The notes beneath the pieces are model-generated. The model worked only from the letters and a program-made list of their open reading frames with translations, was not told the DNA's origin and searched no databases. Made by a program: the position numbers and the translations under genes. From Escherichia phage vB_EcoM_PHB13, in sequence record MK573636: a stretch of DNA of 64,000 bases. One strand, given 5' to 3'. Numbering within the stretch: position 1 is the stretch's first letter; the number at the start of each line of letters is the position of its first letter. Positions 44,322-56,557 of this stretch are shown here, piece after piece.

Positions 44322-45116
44322 TTAGATGAAATTCAGGTAGCGGGATACGCCGGAATCTACAGTTGCCTTTTTATCTGATTTTTCGACATTTTCTGCAATA
44401 ACATTCAGCTTGTCGGCATCAGTATTTAGTGATTCTTCAATCTTCGCTTGTTTGTCTTCTTTCTTAGCAACCATTTCGACAATTGCAGTTAATTTCTTAT
44501 CGAAAGTTTCGCTATATTCCAGACCTTCAATCAGCGCGGTTACTTTTTCTTTCTGAGTATCGGAAAGATCACGAGTGCTTTCATTGATCGCTTGTTCGCG
44601 CTTCATGCCACGAATTTCGCTTTCAAGTTGCAGTTTGGCATCAAAGAGTTCAGAGGTTTTTTCTTTTTCTTCTTTGAGTGCTTCGTCAAGTTCAGCAACA
44701 ACGTCTACAGATTCTTCCGGTACTACAACATTGTGAGTAACGAAAACATCTTTCAGAGAACCAATCAGGGATTCACACAGATCCGCTTTAATATTACGGG
44801 TGACGGCTTCTTTATTTTCTGCCAGCCATTTAGCGCCTAAGTGATTCAGGAATTTATCTGCATCTTCGTACAGTTTGGTTTCAATCTCGGTGCGTGCTTC
44901 TTCGACCTTTGATTCTACCAGTTCATCGGCTTTAGCGGCGATTTTTTCAATGTGGCTTTCTGCCAGTGCAGCAGCATTAGCTTTTACCGCCTGAGCGTAG
45001 ATAGTACCAAAATTTTCTTTTACTTCCGGCGACAGTTCGACGGATTCAAACAGGTCATCGAGAGCAACGTCTACGGTGATCTGTTTTGCTTCTTCGAGCA
45101 GCATTTCTTTAAGCAT
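44322..45116 (-). CDS. gp22: prohead core scaffold protein
   Basis: 264 aa acidic helical protein; synteny 21-22-23. Confidence 0.8.
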   Translation of the reverse strand: MLKEMLLEEAKQITVDVALDDLFESVELSPEVKENFGTIYAQAVKANAAALAESHIEKIAAKADELVESKVEEARTEIETKLYEDADKFLNHLGAKWLAENKEAVTRNIKADLCESLIGSLKDVFVTHNVVVPEESVDVVAELDEALKEEKEKTSELFDAKLQLESEIRGMKREQAINESTRDLSDTQKEKVTALIEGLEYSETFDKKLTAIVEMVAKKEDKQAKIEESLNTDADKLNVIAENVEKSDKKATVDSGVSRYLNFI

Positions 45117-45147
45117 GGTTATAACCTTCTTGTTGATAACGACGTTA

Positions 45148-45843
45148 TTATTTATAGCGTTTAGATAACGCTTCTGCGAGCGCCATAAACGCGCTATTAT
45201 TCGATTCTACGATGTTTTGTTGTGAGGCTGTAGGGTTAGTCACTTTTTCGGTTTTATCGCTTTCTGGTGCGTCTGACGCGCTAGAATCGCTATCCGTTGA
45301 CTCAACCACCGGAGTTACCCACGCATCTGGTGCGCTCGGACCCCAAACAACATCAACACCAACCGTCAACACAAAACCTTCCTGTACAATATTGTATCCG
45401 CGACCAGAGTCTTTCAACCGACCCAACCCACGGGAGGAAACGCCAGGAATCCAGCCAGCGCGAATCAGTGCAGCAAGTTTATCACCTGCGCCTTTATCCC
45501 CTTCAATAACACGGGCTTTACCCATCACGTTATTACCTTCCCACCATAATTTTTCAATTATGATGCAAGCATTAGATGGATCTGGCATTGCTCTTGCTGG
45601 GTGATTAAGTTCGCCTAGAGCTTGATGTGTCTCAACTTGTTCATGTATGTATTTAGTAACCGCATTTTCTAGAACACTGCGAGGATACCAGCGTTTATTG
45701 CGGTTTACCGTTTCGGCTTGCAGGAAAATCCCTTGAATATAGAGATTTCCTGTAGCCTTATCATCAAATGATTCAAGCAATGACGAACTACCGCGAGCAC
45801 AAGGAACGCCCCATTGTTCGATCAGTAATTCGTTCTTTTCCAT
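45148..45843 (-). CDS. gp21: prohead core protease
   Basis: Colinear with T4 gp21 (LLIE.WG, GIFLQAE.VNRNKR.YP, LGELNHP, IRAGWIPGVSSRGLG). Confidence 0.92.
   Translation of the reverse strand: MEKNELLIEQWGVPCARGSSSLLESFDDKATGNLYIQGIFLQAETVNRNKRWYPRSVLENAVTKYIHEQVETHQALGELNHPARAMPDPSNACIIIEKLWWEGNNVMGKARVIEGDKGAGDKLAALIRAGWIPGVSSRGLGRLKDSGRGYNIVQEGFVLTVGVDVVWGPSAPDAWVTPVVESTDSDSSASDAPESDKTEKVTNPTASQQNIVESNNSAFMALAEALSKRYK
45149..45156 (-). promoter_or_regulatory. late promoter -10 box TATAAATA for gene 22 (within 3' end of gene 21)
   Basis: Exact TATTTATA on + strand ~33 nt upstream of gp22 ATG. Confidence 0.55.
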
Positions 45844-45854
45844 GTTGTTTCCTG

Positions 45855-46262
45855 TTATAATCCTAACGCCTTACGTTTACGCATTGCTTTTTTGCGCTTA
45901 CGTTCCGCATGACGTTCGATAGATGGATTTGCACGTTTGGTTTTTGCAGCACGACGGGCAATTTGACGGCGTTTAGCTTTGCTTAGGCCAGTAGTCATGT
46001 AAGCATTACGCTCACGGGTTTTGCGATCTTTCTTACGTGCAACTTCCCCGCGTGCGTTTACATGTTTAACCATTGCTTCATTTACAGTAATTCCGTCGAT
46101 GATAGACAGCATTGCTACCGCCAGTTCAGGCTCATCCTCGGAGATACCTTCAACGATTTTCAATAGTTCTTCTGACTCAAACATAGCCAACATGTCCAAT
46201 TTTTCCTGTGCTTCCGGCAGAAAAGTTTCTAAGTCAGCTTTAGGAGTAAAATCTTTAATCAT
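45855..46262 (-). CDS. gp68: prohead core protein
   Basis: 135 aa, basic C-terminus; synteny 67-68-21. Confidence 0.7.
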   Translation of the reverse strand: MIKDFTPKADLETFLPEAQEKLDMLAMFESEELLKIVEGISEDEPELAVAMLSIIDGITVNEAMVKHVNARGEVARKKDRKTRERNAYMTTGLSKAKRRQIARRAAKTKRANPSIERHAERKRKKAMRKRKALGL

Positions 46263-46274
46263 GTTGGCTTCCTA

Positions 46275-46514
46275 TTATTCGTCGTCTTCTTTATCTTTTT
46301 TATCGTCTTTGCGATCTTCGTCTTCGTCGTCCTCATAATCCATATCTTCATCATCGCGGTCTTTTTCTTCTTCACCTTCGATCATGATACTGGATGCGAT
46401 TTCGACACGCTGAGATTCGATGATCTGGGCTTTTTTAGCCTCCATGATCTTATCAAATTCTTTTTCGATCAGCGTTAGATCGCGAGTTTTAATTGCTTCG
46501 ATAAATTGTTTCAT
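46275..46514 (-). CDS. gp67: prohead core protein (internal peptide precursor)
   Basis: 79 aa, strongly acidic DE-rich C-terminus; synteny 20-67-68. Confidence 0.75.
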   Translation of the reverse strand: MKQFIEAIKTRDLTLIEKEFDKIMEAKKAQIIESQRVEIASSIMIEGEEEKDRDDEDMDYEDDEDEDRKDDKKDKEDDE

Positions 46515-48080
46515 TTAAAAATCCTCTATTTCATCGGGAGTTTGTTTAAAGCGCGGATCGTTCGCTTCTTCTTCGATCTGTTTCTTCTCGGTGTCCATCT
46601 GGTCATCGGTATATTTCAGAATGTCACGCATCACTGTCTGGTTAGAGAAATATTTACCAATGTAAGGTGTAATACGTTCGATTAGACCGATTCGACGTTC
46701 TAAAATTTCCGCGTCTTTAACTTCTGTATAGTAAGAGTCCCGATGGAAAACCACCTTGATATTATTTATTTCACGATCCCAATCGTCTTCCGTAATTACA
46801 TTTTTGAGAATCAGATTATATTTCAGAGGATCGCGCAATACTTCCGAAAACTGTGATTGCAGAGTTCTAATGAATTTCGAAAATTCCAACTCATCGCGAG
46901 TAATTTCTGAACCGTCACCACCGATCACCATATTAGCATCGGAGAGATTGCTGCGTGACAATGGCACACGCAACGCTTCATACAATTTACGGTTAAAGTA
47001 GCGAATATCATCGATATCACTCATACCGGATGCACCGGGTAAAGTAGTAACGTCGGTGATTGCTTTACCATCTCGACGCTGTAACCAGTAGTCCTCTGTC
47101 ATTGATAGATTTGCTTGCTGGTTTTTAAGTTTACCAGTCGATGCATCATAAACAACGCGGTTTTTAAAAGACTGTGCCACTGAGTTCATGTGCTGTGCAG
47201 CCTTGCGGTTGTTCATGTTTCCGGTATCAATAAAGAACACTCGGCGTTCCGGTGCACGCGTGATACGATAAACGACCATTGCGTCTTCCAACAATTTAAG
47301 CTGGTTTGCTGGCTTAACAGCCCGATGCAAATAACCAATGATATATTTATCATCACAATCCATCAAGCCGCTGTGAGCGTATGTAATAGCACTACGAGGG
47401 ATTTTAACGCGACTGTTAGGAGAGAATACTTGACCACCTGCGCAATAAGAGCTATTGCCTACAGTGTAAATGAAATATTCTTTCGTTGCTTTATAAATTT
47501 TACCTTCCGGTGTGTCTTCTGTAATGATCTCGCGAACATATTCAAGATTACGTGGGTCAAGCTGGCGCAATTCTACGATACCATCTTTTGGATTTTTGCC
47601 GATGATTTTATGGAAGAAAATACGCGAATCGACATACCAGCGACGGAACATATCCTGACCGCGCCTATCAAACTGGATAGTGTTTAAAAGATCTTTAAAT
47701 TCTTCATGAATGCGCTCTTTTACAGATTCACTAAAGCCAGTCGCCTCAAGATTTAATGAAACAACTTCATGGCCTTCTTCAAATACAATCGCATCGTTAA
47801 CGATATTTTGTACAGCGTTTTCGACTTCATGGTTATTCATCAAACCGCGATATGTGTTAACTAATTGCTTAGTTGTGCTGATTTTCTGGTCGGTGCTGTA
47901 AAATTGCTGGGTAAGAGAGTTCCACGCGCTAGCAGGTAAATTATCATTAATTTCTACTTCCGTAGCACCATCATTGTTTTTAGGTGCGGCGATAGACTCT
48001 GCTTTATCTTTAATTTGTTCTTCGTATTTGTCGTTGTCAAAATCAGCCCAACGCGCAAGCATTTTTAATCTACTAAACAT
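46515..48080 (-). CDS. gp20: portal vertex protein
   Basis: 521 aa, high identity to T4 gp20 (FRRWYVDSRIFFHKI, GYLHRAVKPANQLKLLEDA, MTEDYWLQRRDGKA). Confidence 0.95.
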   Translation of the reverse strand: MFSRLKMLARWADFDNDKYEEQIKDKAESIAAPKNNDGATEVEINDNLPASAWNSLTQQFYSTDQKISTTKQLVNTYRGLMNNHEVENAVQNIVNDAIVFEEGHEVVSLNLEATGFSESVKERIHEEFKDLLNTIQFDRRGQDMFRRWYVDSRIFFHKIIGKNPKDGIVELRQLDPRNLEYVREIITEDTPEGKIYKATKEYFIYTVGNSSYCAGGQVFSPNSRVKIPRSAITYAHSGLMDCDDKYIIGYLHRAVKPANQLKLLEDAMVVYRITRAPERRVFFIDTGNMNNRKAAQHMNSVAQSFKNRVVYDASTGKLKNQQANLSMTEDYWLQRRDGKAITDVTTLPGASGMSDIDDIRYFNRKLYEALRVPLSRSNLSDANMVIGGDGSEITRDELEFSKFIRTLQSQFSEVLRDPLKYNLILKNVITEDDWDREINNIKVVFHRDSYYTEVKDAEILERRIGLIERITPYIGKYFSNQTVMRDILKYTDDQMDTEKKQIEEEANDPRFKQTPDEIEDF

Positions 48081-48099
48081 TATTCACCTCGAATTGGGA

Positions 48100-48124
48100 G
48101 AAATTAGGCGGGGAACTTCTCCCC
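48100..48124 (-). other. intergenic stem-loop (GCGGGGAGAAGTTCCCCGC) between genes 19 and 20
   Basis: Read directly; family of GCGGGGAGAA hairpins (also 3693, 48650). Confidence 0.5.
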
Positions 48125-48138
48125 GCATGATAATATAT

Positions 48139-48633
48139 TTATTCTACCCAATCGATAGCAAAAGTAACTTCAAACGTTTCAACTTCGTTGTTTTGTTCCC
48201 AATCGAGGGTTACTTCACCAACGTTGGTCGGGAAAATACCGTACAATGTTTTTTCGCTAGTTGATTCGGTGTTACGGTTAAGTTGACGAACAATAGCTTG
48301 TTTCTTATATTGTGCAGGAGTTGCACCAGTGATCGCCGAACCAGTGCCGTGTGTCTGATCGCTCCATGCAACGATAGCATCACGGATCTTGTGTGCGTCA
48401 TCGTTGAATACAGTGATGGTCCAGTCGTCATATACACGGTCGCCAGCGATGTTAATTTTACGGTTTTGATAGCCTATAGCAATTTTTTCTACGGTAGCAG
48501 CCGGGACAGTCGCAGCCTTACACATCAGCTTAAAGTTTTGCCCCAGATACGGGATCTCAACTTCAAACAGGTTAGGACGAGCAAAATCGCCAGACTCGAA
48601 ACCGCGTGTAATATCATTCAAATCGAGTGCCAT
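48139..48633 (-). CDS. gp19: tail tube protein
   Basis: 164 aa, colinear with T4 gp19 (FESGDFARPNLF, KINIAGDR, WPTNVGE). Confidence 0.93.
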   Translation of the reverse strand: MALDLNDITRGFESGDFARPNLFEVEIPYLGQNFKLMCKAATVPAATVEKIAIGYQNRKINIAGDRVYDDWTITVFNDDAHKIRDAIVAWSDQTHGTGSAITGATPAQYKKQAIVRQLNRNTESTSEKTLYGIFPTNVGEVTLDWEQNNEVETFEVTFAIDWVE

Positions 48634-48649
48634 AATTGATATTCCTTAA

Positions 48650-48675
48650 TAGAGCGGGGATTTTCTCCCCGCTTG
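48650..48675 (-). other. intergenic stem-loop (GCGGGGAGAAAATCCCCGC) between genes 18 and 19
   Basis: Read directly. Confidence 0.5.
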
Positions 48676-48706
48676 ATTTAACTTTTAATCTATGCTAATT
48701 TACTGA

Positions 48707-50707
48707 TTATGCCTGGTTAGCTGGACCGATAATTTCGTCAAAGTCAGCACCAGTTGCAACAGCAGTGAAATTGAGCATGATATAGTTGATCGATTTTGCT
48801 GGTTTGATGAACATACTAGCAACAAATTCATTACGATCAATTACATCCGGCGTGTTATTCGTGGTGTCGCATTGTACTCGGAAGTCATAAATGCCACCCA
48901 GAGAGCGAATCGTGCTGAGATATTGCGAAACCTCCATACGGAAGGAAGCGCGAGTAAAGTTATCGTTGTTTTCAAACAGTTTGTATTTGCTTGAATCGCC
49001 GATATTCTTTTTCAGCATGTTAAACAGACGACGAACGTTAATTCGGTCAAACGGGCTAGGAACAGTCGTAGCGGTTTTATCACCCATCAGGATAAACCCT
49101 TCACCACCAGCACCGATTACCGGGTTAATTGCGGCCTGATACAGACGATCGCGGTGCGCCTTGCGAGGCTCAATTGCCAGTTTAACCACGTTCATGATCT
49201 GACCACGGTTATAACCTGCCGGACTCATCCACGGCTGGGATACAGCATCAGTACGAGCGCACAGACCAGCAATATCGGCAGCCAACGGAACCCAACGGTT
49301 TACGTCGTTGTATTTGTCATACTGATATTTGTAGTTACCATCAATAACCGCGTAAGTGGTATTAATGTTCATGTTGTTTTCATTATAGTTTCCTGAACCT
49401 TCGCGCCATGCAATCAGGTTATCAATTGCAGTAGTCACCGGAATATTAACAACAGTGCTACGCGGCGGAGAAACCATTACTAAGCAATCCTGACGCTCAT
49501 CACCGATGGAAACAGCATGTTTCTGTACGGTAGAGAACGCATCGCCTTCGCCAGCACATGCACCAGCGATCAACAGGTTTACGTGAATAGATTCTCGTTC
49601 AGCAAACAGATCCCAACCTTGCATCATCGCACCGATGAACGGATCAGCACCAACACCAGCAGTCGTTGCTTCGTTAGCAGAAACACCACCAGCAAGAGAG
49701 ATAATACCACTGAAACCATCTACCCACCCTTGAGCGGTTGCATAGATGTACTGGCTAGAACCACGAGCAAAGAAGTCGTCCATGTAGATAGAATTGCCGT
49801 ATACGTCTTTATCCCCTTTCAGAGTAGACAGTACATAGGATTCTACCACAACACCATCGCGACGAACAATAAATGCATATTGATTATCATTCTGCGGTGC
49901 ATATGGAATCAGGTTGCGTGCTGCGGTGCGCTCGCCACCATAAGGATACATGGTCAGATCCGGTGCAGTGTTCTTAAACGCACTACGTGCCAGAATTTCC
50001 ACTTCCAGCGAGTTGCCAATCTCACCAGCATAGATCGCGCTTACCGCTGGCATATCATACTTCTGGAGTTTAGTCAAGAAAGTTTGATTTGTGATATTGG
50101 CGCGGGAAGTTTCCAGATCCGTTAAGAGAAGACCGGAATCAGTGACAATTTTAGTTACTGACAGCGCCGCACTACCGTTACCTGACGAAGAAGTGAACTC
50201 TGCCGTCCAACCTCCATCAAGTTCTGGATATACACCGATTGCTTTAGCGTGAGCGATAATTTTACCAGTTGGGATAAATACGCCCTTAACTTTACCATCA
50301 CCATCAACTTTAGTTACTTTACCTGCCGTTTCAATATCTTGACGGTTATGTTTAATCTTGATGGTATCGCCTACTTCATAGTTTGAACCTTCGTTTGTGA
50401 TTTCAAACTCTACGTTACCAGCTAGGGCAGTTGCGTTTTTTGCTTTTTCTTTATTGAGTACACGAACAACACGCAGGTCATTGCCATACTGGAGGAAGTT
50501 AGCCCCGCTCATGAAATAGTCTGCGGTGTTATTATCCGGCTGACCAAATTTATTAACTAATTCAACTTCATTAGTTACTTGAATAATCTGGAAAGCTGGA
50601 CCCCATTGGAATTTACCTACCAGTGCCGCGCGACCAGTCGCAGATTGCACAATGGTAGTGGAGAGAGTAGTTTCTTTCGTTTCGAAACCCGGTGATAATA
50701 GAGTCAT
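48707..50707 (-). CDS. gp18: tail sheath protein
   Basis: 666 aa, colinear with T4 gp18 (MTLLSPG, GKFQWGPAFQI, FMSGANFLQYGNDLRVVR). Confidence 0.95.
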   Translation of the reverse strand: MTLLSPGFETKETTLSTTIVQSATGRAALVGKFQWGPAFQIIQVTNEVELVNKFGQPDNNTADYFMSGANFLQYGNDLRVVRVLNKEKAKNATALAGNVEFEITNEGSNYEVGDTIKIKHNRQDIETAGKVTKVDGDGKVKGVFIPTGKIIAHAKAIGVYPELDGGWTAEFTSSSGNGSAALSVTKIVTDSGLLLTDLETSRANITNQTFLTKLQKYDMPAVSAIYAGEIGNSLEVEILARSAFKNTAPDLTMYPYGGERTAARNLIPYAPQNDNQYAFIVRRDGVVVESYVLSTLKGDKDVYGNSIYMDDFFARGSSQYIYATAQGWVDGFSGIISLAGGVSANEATTAGVGADPFIGAMMQGWDLFAERESIHVNLLIAGACAGEGDAFSTVQKHAVSIGDERQDCLVMVSPPRSTVVNIPVTTAIDNLIAWREGSGNYNENNMNINTTYAVIDGNYKYQYDKYNDVNRWVPLAADIAGLCARTDAVSQPWMSPAGYNRGQIMNVVKLAIEPRKAHRDRLYQAAINPVIGAGGEGFILMGDKTATTVPSPFDRINVRRLFNMLKKNIGDSSKYKLFENNDNFTRASFRMEVSQYLSTIRSLGGIYDFRVQCDTTNNTPDVIDRNEFVASMFIKPAKSINYIMLNFTAVATGADFDEIIGPANQA

Positions 50708-50738
50708 TAGAATTTCCTCATCTTTTTATGCATTATCG

Positions 50739-53059
<2,321 letters not shown>

Positions 53060-53072
53060 AATAAATTACCTC

Positions 53073-53906
53073 TTAAAACTCTCTTACAATACGTGGACCC
53101 GGTGGAGTTGGCGCAACTGGTATTGGAATATCACTAGAATATGATTCTTTGACAGTTCCGTCCCATTCTTCTTGCTCAACATCACGTTTAACGACCTCAT
53201 GATCCACTGATTCAAAATTACCGCTAGGATTTAATTCACGAGAATTAGCATGAAAATCAAGATAAATCGTTCTGATTTCCCCCTTAACGTCGGTGGCTGG
53301 AGGATAGATAAACCCGATGAACTCAAACATAATGGTCCACTCAAGACGACGACGAGAAAACTTATCTTCGCCTACCTGTTCATCTGGAGTGATAGAACTA
53401 ATTGTGACCTGAATATCTCGATCAATCCATACATCATTACCGTGTAGTTCTTTAATCTTACAGTTAAAATGAGGCTGGAAGTAAGGAAGAATCTGTTCAA
53501 TTATCTGAAACATATCATCTTCGCTACGCGTATAAATCCCTAACTCGAAAGTAAACTTATATGGTACAGGATTATATTGTGTTACGCTCCTGATTCCATC
53601 CGCTGTATATTTTGGTACTGTCTTATTTGCAATATTGGTTTTAAAGTTCTGGGCGTATGTCATATCAATCAAAGAAAGACACATACGCGGTAAAATAGTT
53701 TCTACCTTTGCTACGTCTTCCTCACTTGAGATATTGTTATATTTGTCCAGACTCATCATGAATTTTTCTTTCTTTGCGTAGGTAATTGGAACTTTAATAT
53801 AACGCTCACCGTCACTACGCACCCTTTTAATTTGTACGCCGGAGAATAAATTACCCAGCAATACAATATACCGTCTAATTGACGAATTATAGTGCCAACC
53901 GAACAT
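53073..53906 (-). CDS. gp15: tail sheath stabiliser / tail completion protein
   Basis: Start set at MFGWHYNSS (T4 gp15 begins MFGYFYNSS); track start 53936 is 10 codons upstream. Confidence 0.8.
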   Translation of the reverse strand: MFGWHYNSSIRRYIVLLGNLFSGVQIKRVRSDGERYIKVPITYAKKEKFMMSLDKYNNISSEEDVAKVETILPRMCLSLIDMTYAQNFKTNIANKTVPKYTADGIRSVTQYNPVPYKFTFELGIYTRSEDDMFQIIEQILPYFQPHFNCKIKELHGNDVWIDRDIQVTISSITPDEQVGEDKFSRRRLEWTIMFEFIGFIYPPATDVKGEIRTIYLDFHANSRELNPSGNFESVDHEVVKRDVEQEEWDGTVKESYSSDIPIPVAPTPPGPRIVREF

Positions 53907-53932
53907 TTGACCCCCTTGTTTATGAGTATTTA

Positions 53933-54673
53933 TCAAAAATTAGCAAAAGGTGAACCAGTGCCATTAATTGGATCAAATGGGTCAATAAAATCTTGTCCTT
54001 CGCTTCTGAATTGCTTATCTTCTTTGTACTGATCTAAGTTGATATCTGTTAACCCGTCCAGATTAGTGATCGGTGCAAGATCCAGATCCGCGAACTCATC
54101 AACGTTGATTCCCTCGTTGCGTTGTAATTCTGGTCGCAATTCCTCACCGCTATACACGAATTTCTCTGCAATGATTTTACGCATGGCATTTTTGCCAGCC
54201 TGAAAAAACGGCTGATATGGCTCGACGTAATTGATTTCAAATAAATCATTACTCATTGGAATATAAATCAAGTCACCTGATTTTGGCTCTTGATCATCTA
54301 CTTGATGTTTGAATAGGTTAGGATTAACCGTAAAAGTTAGTTCATCATTGGCTTGATAACCGAAACTAGAGAAGAAATTACCCGCGCCTTCATACCCATC
54401 AAATGAGTTAATATAAGCAGCAAATTTCCATGCTTTAGTAAATTTGCTTTGAACATCCTCGCCAAAGATCATGTCTGGTTTGACAAATTCACGAGGGATG
54501 TAATATAATTCTACACCTCGCATCTGAATAGCTTCGGCGACCATAACGTCGGCTAACGTCTGAGTATTTGTATATTTGTGAAAGTTCACATAAGGATTAA
54601 GAATCTCTGATTGTCGTGTATTCTCATAATCCTTTTGCGATTCAAGGCGAGCAAAAAGAGTGTTGTTAAACAT
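53933..54673 (-). CDS. gp14: neck protein
   Basis: 246 aa; synteny 13-14-15. Confidence 0.75.
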   Translation of the reverse strand: MFNNTLFARLESQKDYENTRQSEILNPYVNFHKYTNTQTLADVMVAEAIQMRGVELYYIPREFVKPDMIFGEDVQSKFTKAWKFAAYINSFDGYEGAGNFFSSFGYQANDELTFTVNPNLFKHQVDDQEPKSGDLIYIPMSNDLFEINYVEPYQPFFQAGKNAMRKIIAEKFVYSGEELRPELQRNEGINVDEFADLDLAPITNLDGLTDINLDQYKEDKQFRSEGQDFIDPFDPINGTGSPFANF

Positions 54674-54682
54674 ATGTTACTC

Positions 54683-54700
54683 CAAATGGGGGAATACTCC
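54683..54700 (-). other. stem-loop GGGGGAGTATTCCCCC between GIY-YIG gene and gene 14
   Basis: Perfect 6-bp GC stem read directly. Confidence 0.45.
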
Positions 54701-54709
54701 CCCAATTTA

Positions 54710-55525
54710 TTAATCTACGAAGAAATAATTTTTGTTTTTATCGGTATTTGATTTAAGTCTTCCGACAATCAATCCTCGCTTAACGTTTAATTTTATAACA
54801 GCTTCTCCTATGCTATTGTATATCACTCCGTTGATGCTTATTCTTCTTGATCTAGTGCTAGTTATTCCGAGTCTAGATTTGCTAATTCTTTCTCTCCATT
54901 CTTTAGTAAAAACACGTCCGGTGTGTTTTTGTCTTATTTTATCTTTCACCTCATCGGATAACGATAGCCCCTTATGTGAATCAGACATTTTTCTTCTCGT
55001 TTCTTCTGTATGTCTTTTTCCTAAATTAATCATCCTTAACTTTTCTTTTGTCTCCTCTGCAATAACTTTTCCTAAGTTATTTTGTCTCATCTTTTCTTTT
55101 GTTTCTTCCGTGTGCTTCCTTCCCTTTTGAGATGCGGACATCTTTTGTCTTGCATCTTTAGTATGTTTCCTTCCGGTATTTTTCTCTGAGATCTTTTTTC
55201 TCATTTCTTCTATCTTTGCTTCATCAGAAACCTTCCACATACAAACAGTGCCACCGCCTTCTGCTATATTATATGTGTCTTCTCTCCTGACAAAATCAAC
55301 CGTAACAATCCTTGCCTCTTCTTTATCCGCATCTTCTCTGCTATCAAATTTTGACAATATCTCTTTAGTGAAATTTTCTAATCCGTGATGCTTAATAGCT
55401 TGTTTTATTATTTTTCCACTTCCCATGTATTTTGTATCGTCTTCTGCCAATCCATCACAAGACCGAACACCTACGTAAATCTTATCGTTTATTTTGTTGG
55501 TTATTTTGTATACATAATGTTCCAT
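54710..55525 (-). CDS. GIY-YIG homing endonuclease (Seg-like) with three NUMOD3 repeats
   Basis: GIY-YIG core YVYKITNKINDKIYVG...NIAEGG; three RKHTEETKEKM-type repeats; sits between genes 13 and 14. Confidence 0.75.
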   Translation of the reverse strand: MEHYVYKITNKINDKIYVGVRSCDGLAEDDTKYMGSGKIIKQAIKHHGLENFTKEILSKFDSREDADKEEARIVTVDFVRREDTYNIAEGGGTVCMWKVSDEAKIEEMRKKISEKNTGRKHTKDARQKMSASQKGRKHTEETKEKMRQNNLGKVIAEETKEKLRMINLGKRHTEETRRKMSDSHKGLSLSDEVKDKIRQKHTGRVFTKEWRERISKSRLGITSTRSRRISINGVIYNSIGEAVIKLNVKRGLIVGRLKSNTDKNKNYFFVD

Positions 55526-55578
55526 TTAGTATCTCCGATATAACATAGGGTATATGATAACATATACCCATATTTATT

Positions 55579-56511
55579 TTATATCATTAGTATACCAAAT
55601 GGTGGATCTAAGTCAAGTAATTCTTGTCGTAATTTCTCAATATCCGCGCGTGCTTCTTCGATGATTCTGACACCATCAACTGTTACACCACCTGGTAATT
55701 GCAACCCTTGATGTTTAGCTAAGATCTGCCCCCATAGCTCACGAGTAAACGCGGTCGCGCAGTCTTTAACCCAGCGGTTATTATATGCGCCCTGCTTGTT
55801 CTCACTGATCGGTCCCATGCCAGCAACAATCCCGCTTAAACCAGCAGTTGGATTATCATAAACGGCGCTAATCCCGCCAGCGGTAGAACATCCTCCAGCA
55901 TGAGCATAACCAGCAACCGCGCCGATCATATCAGGAACGTCTACATAGCTTTTAACATATAATTCAACAACAATGAGATCACCTTCTCGGAAGTTTCCTG
56001 TAATCTTAAGTTGTCCGTTTGCGCTATTATACCAATAGTCTGGCAGTGGATTAAGCATATTTTGCATAGTGGCTCGATAGCTCATAAGCTGTTCGAAATA
56101 TCCTAGATCACCGCCCATTGCATTTGGACCATAAAATTTACTACATCCAGATCCTAAACCGCCATTTACACCAGCTAAACCCAACAGAAAGTCAGTAAAC
56201 CACGGATAAACGGCAGTGCCATCCATCGTAGCCGCGCTACCTACGTTTGTTCTAATTATTTTAGTTACTGCGAATACCCCAGAATCGCTTAAATCAAATA
56301 CCCCGTGTTGCGCTTGCTCTGCACTAACACGAAATACTTTATATCCTTTATTCACACCATCGAAATGATATTCCCCATAGAGTTCTAATGCTCTCTGAAT
56401 ACAATCGTAAATCTGGTCTTCTGTTACTTCTACGTTAATTACTGGTGCGCCTAAACGACGCAGAATAGCGTCTTTTAATTCTCTTGGGTTATTTGTTACA
56501 TATCCTGACAT
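55579..56511 (-). CDS. gp13: neck protein
   Basis: 310 aa, N-terminus near-identical to T4 gp13 ([37 protein letters not shown]). Confidence 0.92.
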   Translation of the reverse strand: MSGYVTNNPRELKDAILRRLGAPVINVEVTEDQIYDCIQRALELYGEYHFDGVNKGYKVFRVSAEQAQHGVFDLSDSGVFAVTKIIRTNVGSAATMDGTAVYPWFTDFLLGLAGVNGGLGSGCSKFYGPNAMGGDLGYFEQLMSYRATMQNMLNPLPDYWYNSANGQLKITGNFREGDLIVVELYVKSYVDVPDMIGAVAGYAHAGGCSTAGGISAVYDNPTAGLSGIVAGMGPISENKQGAYNNRWVKDCATAFTRELWGQILAKHQGLQLPGGVTVDGVRIIEEARADIEKLRQELLDLDPPFGILMI

Positions 56512-56532
56512 AATATCACCTATAAACGAAAA

Positions 56533-56557
56533 AGGGGCTTAACGCCCCTTTAATTTC
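56533..56557 (-). terminator. terminator-like hairpin (GGGGCGTTAAGCCCC + TTTT) between wac and gene 13
   Basis: Same hairpin family as + strand 19247 and 23024, here on - strand. Confidence 0.5.
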
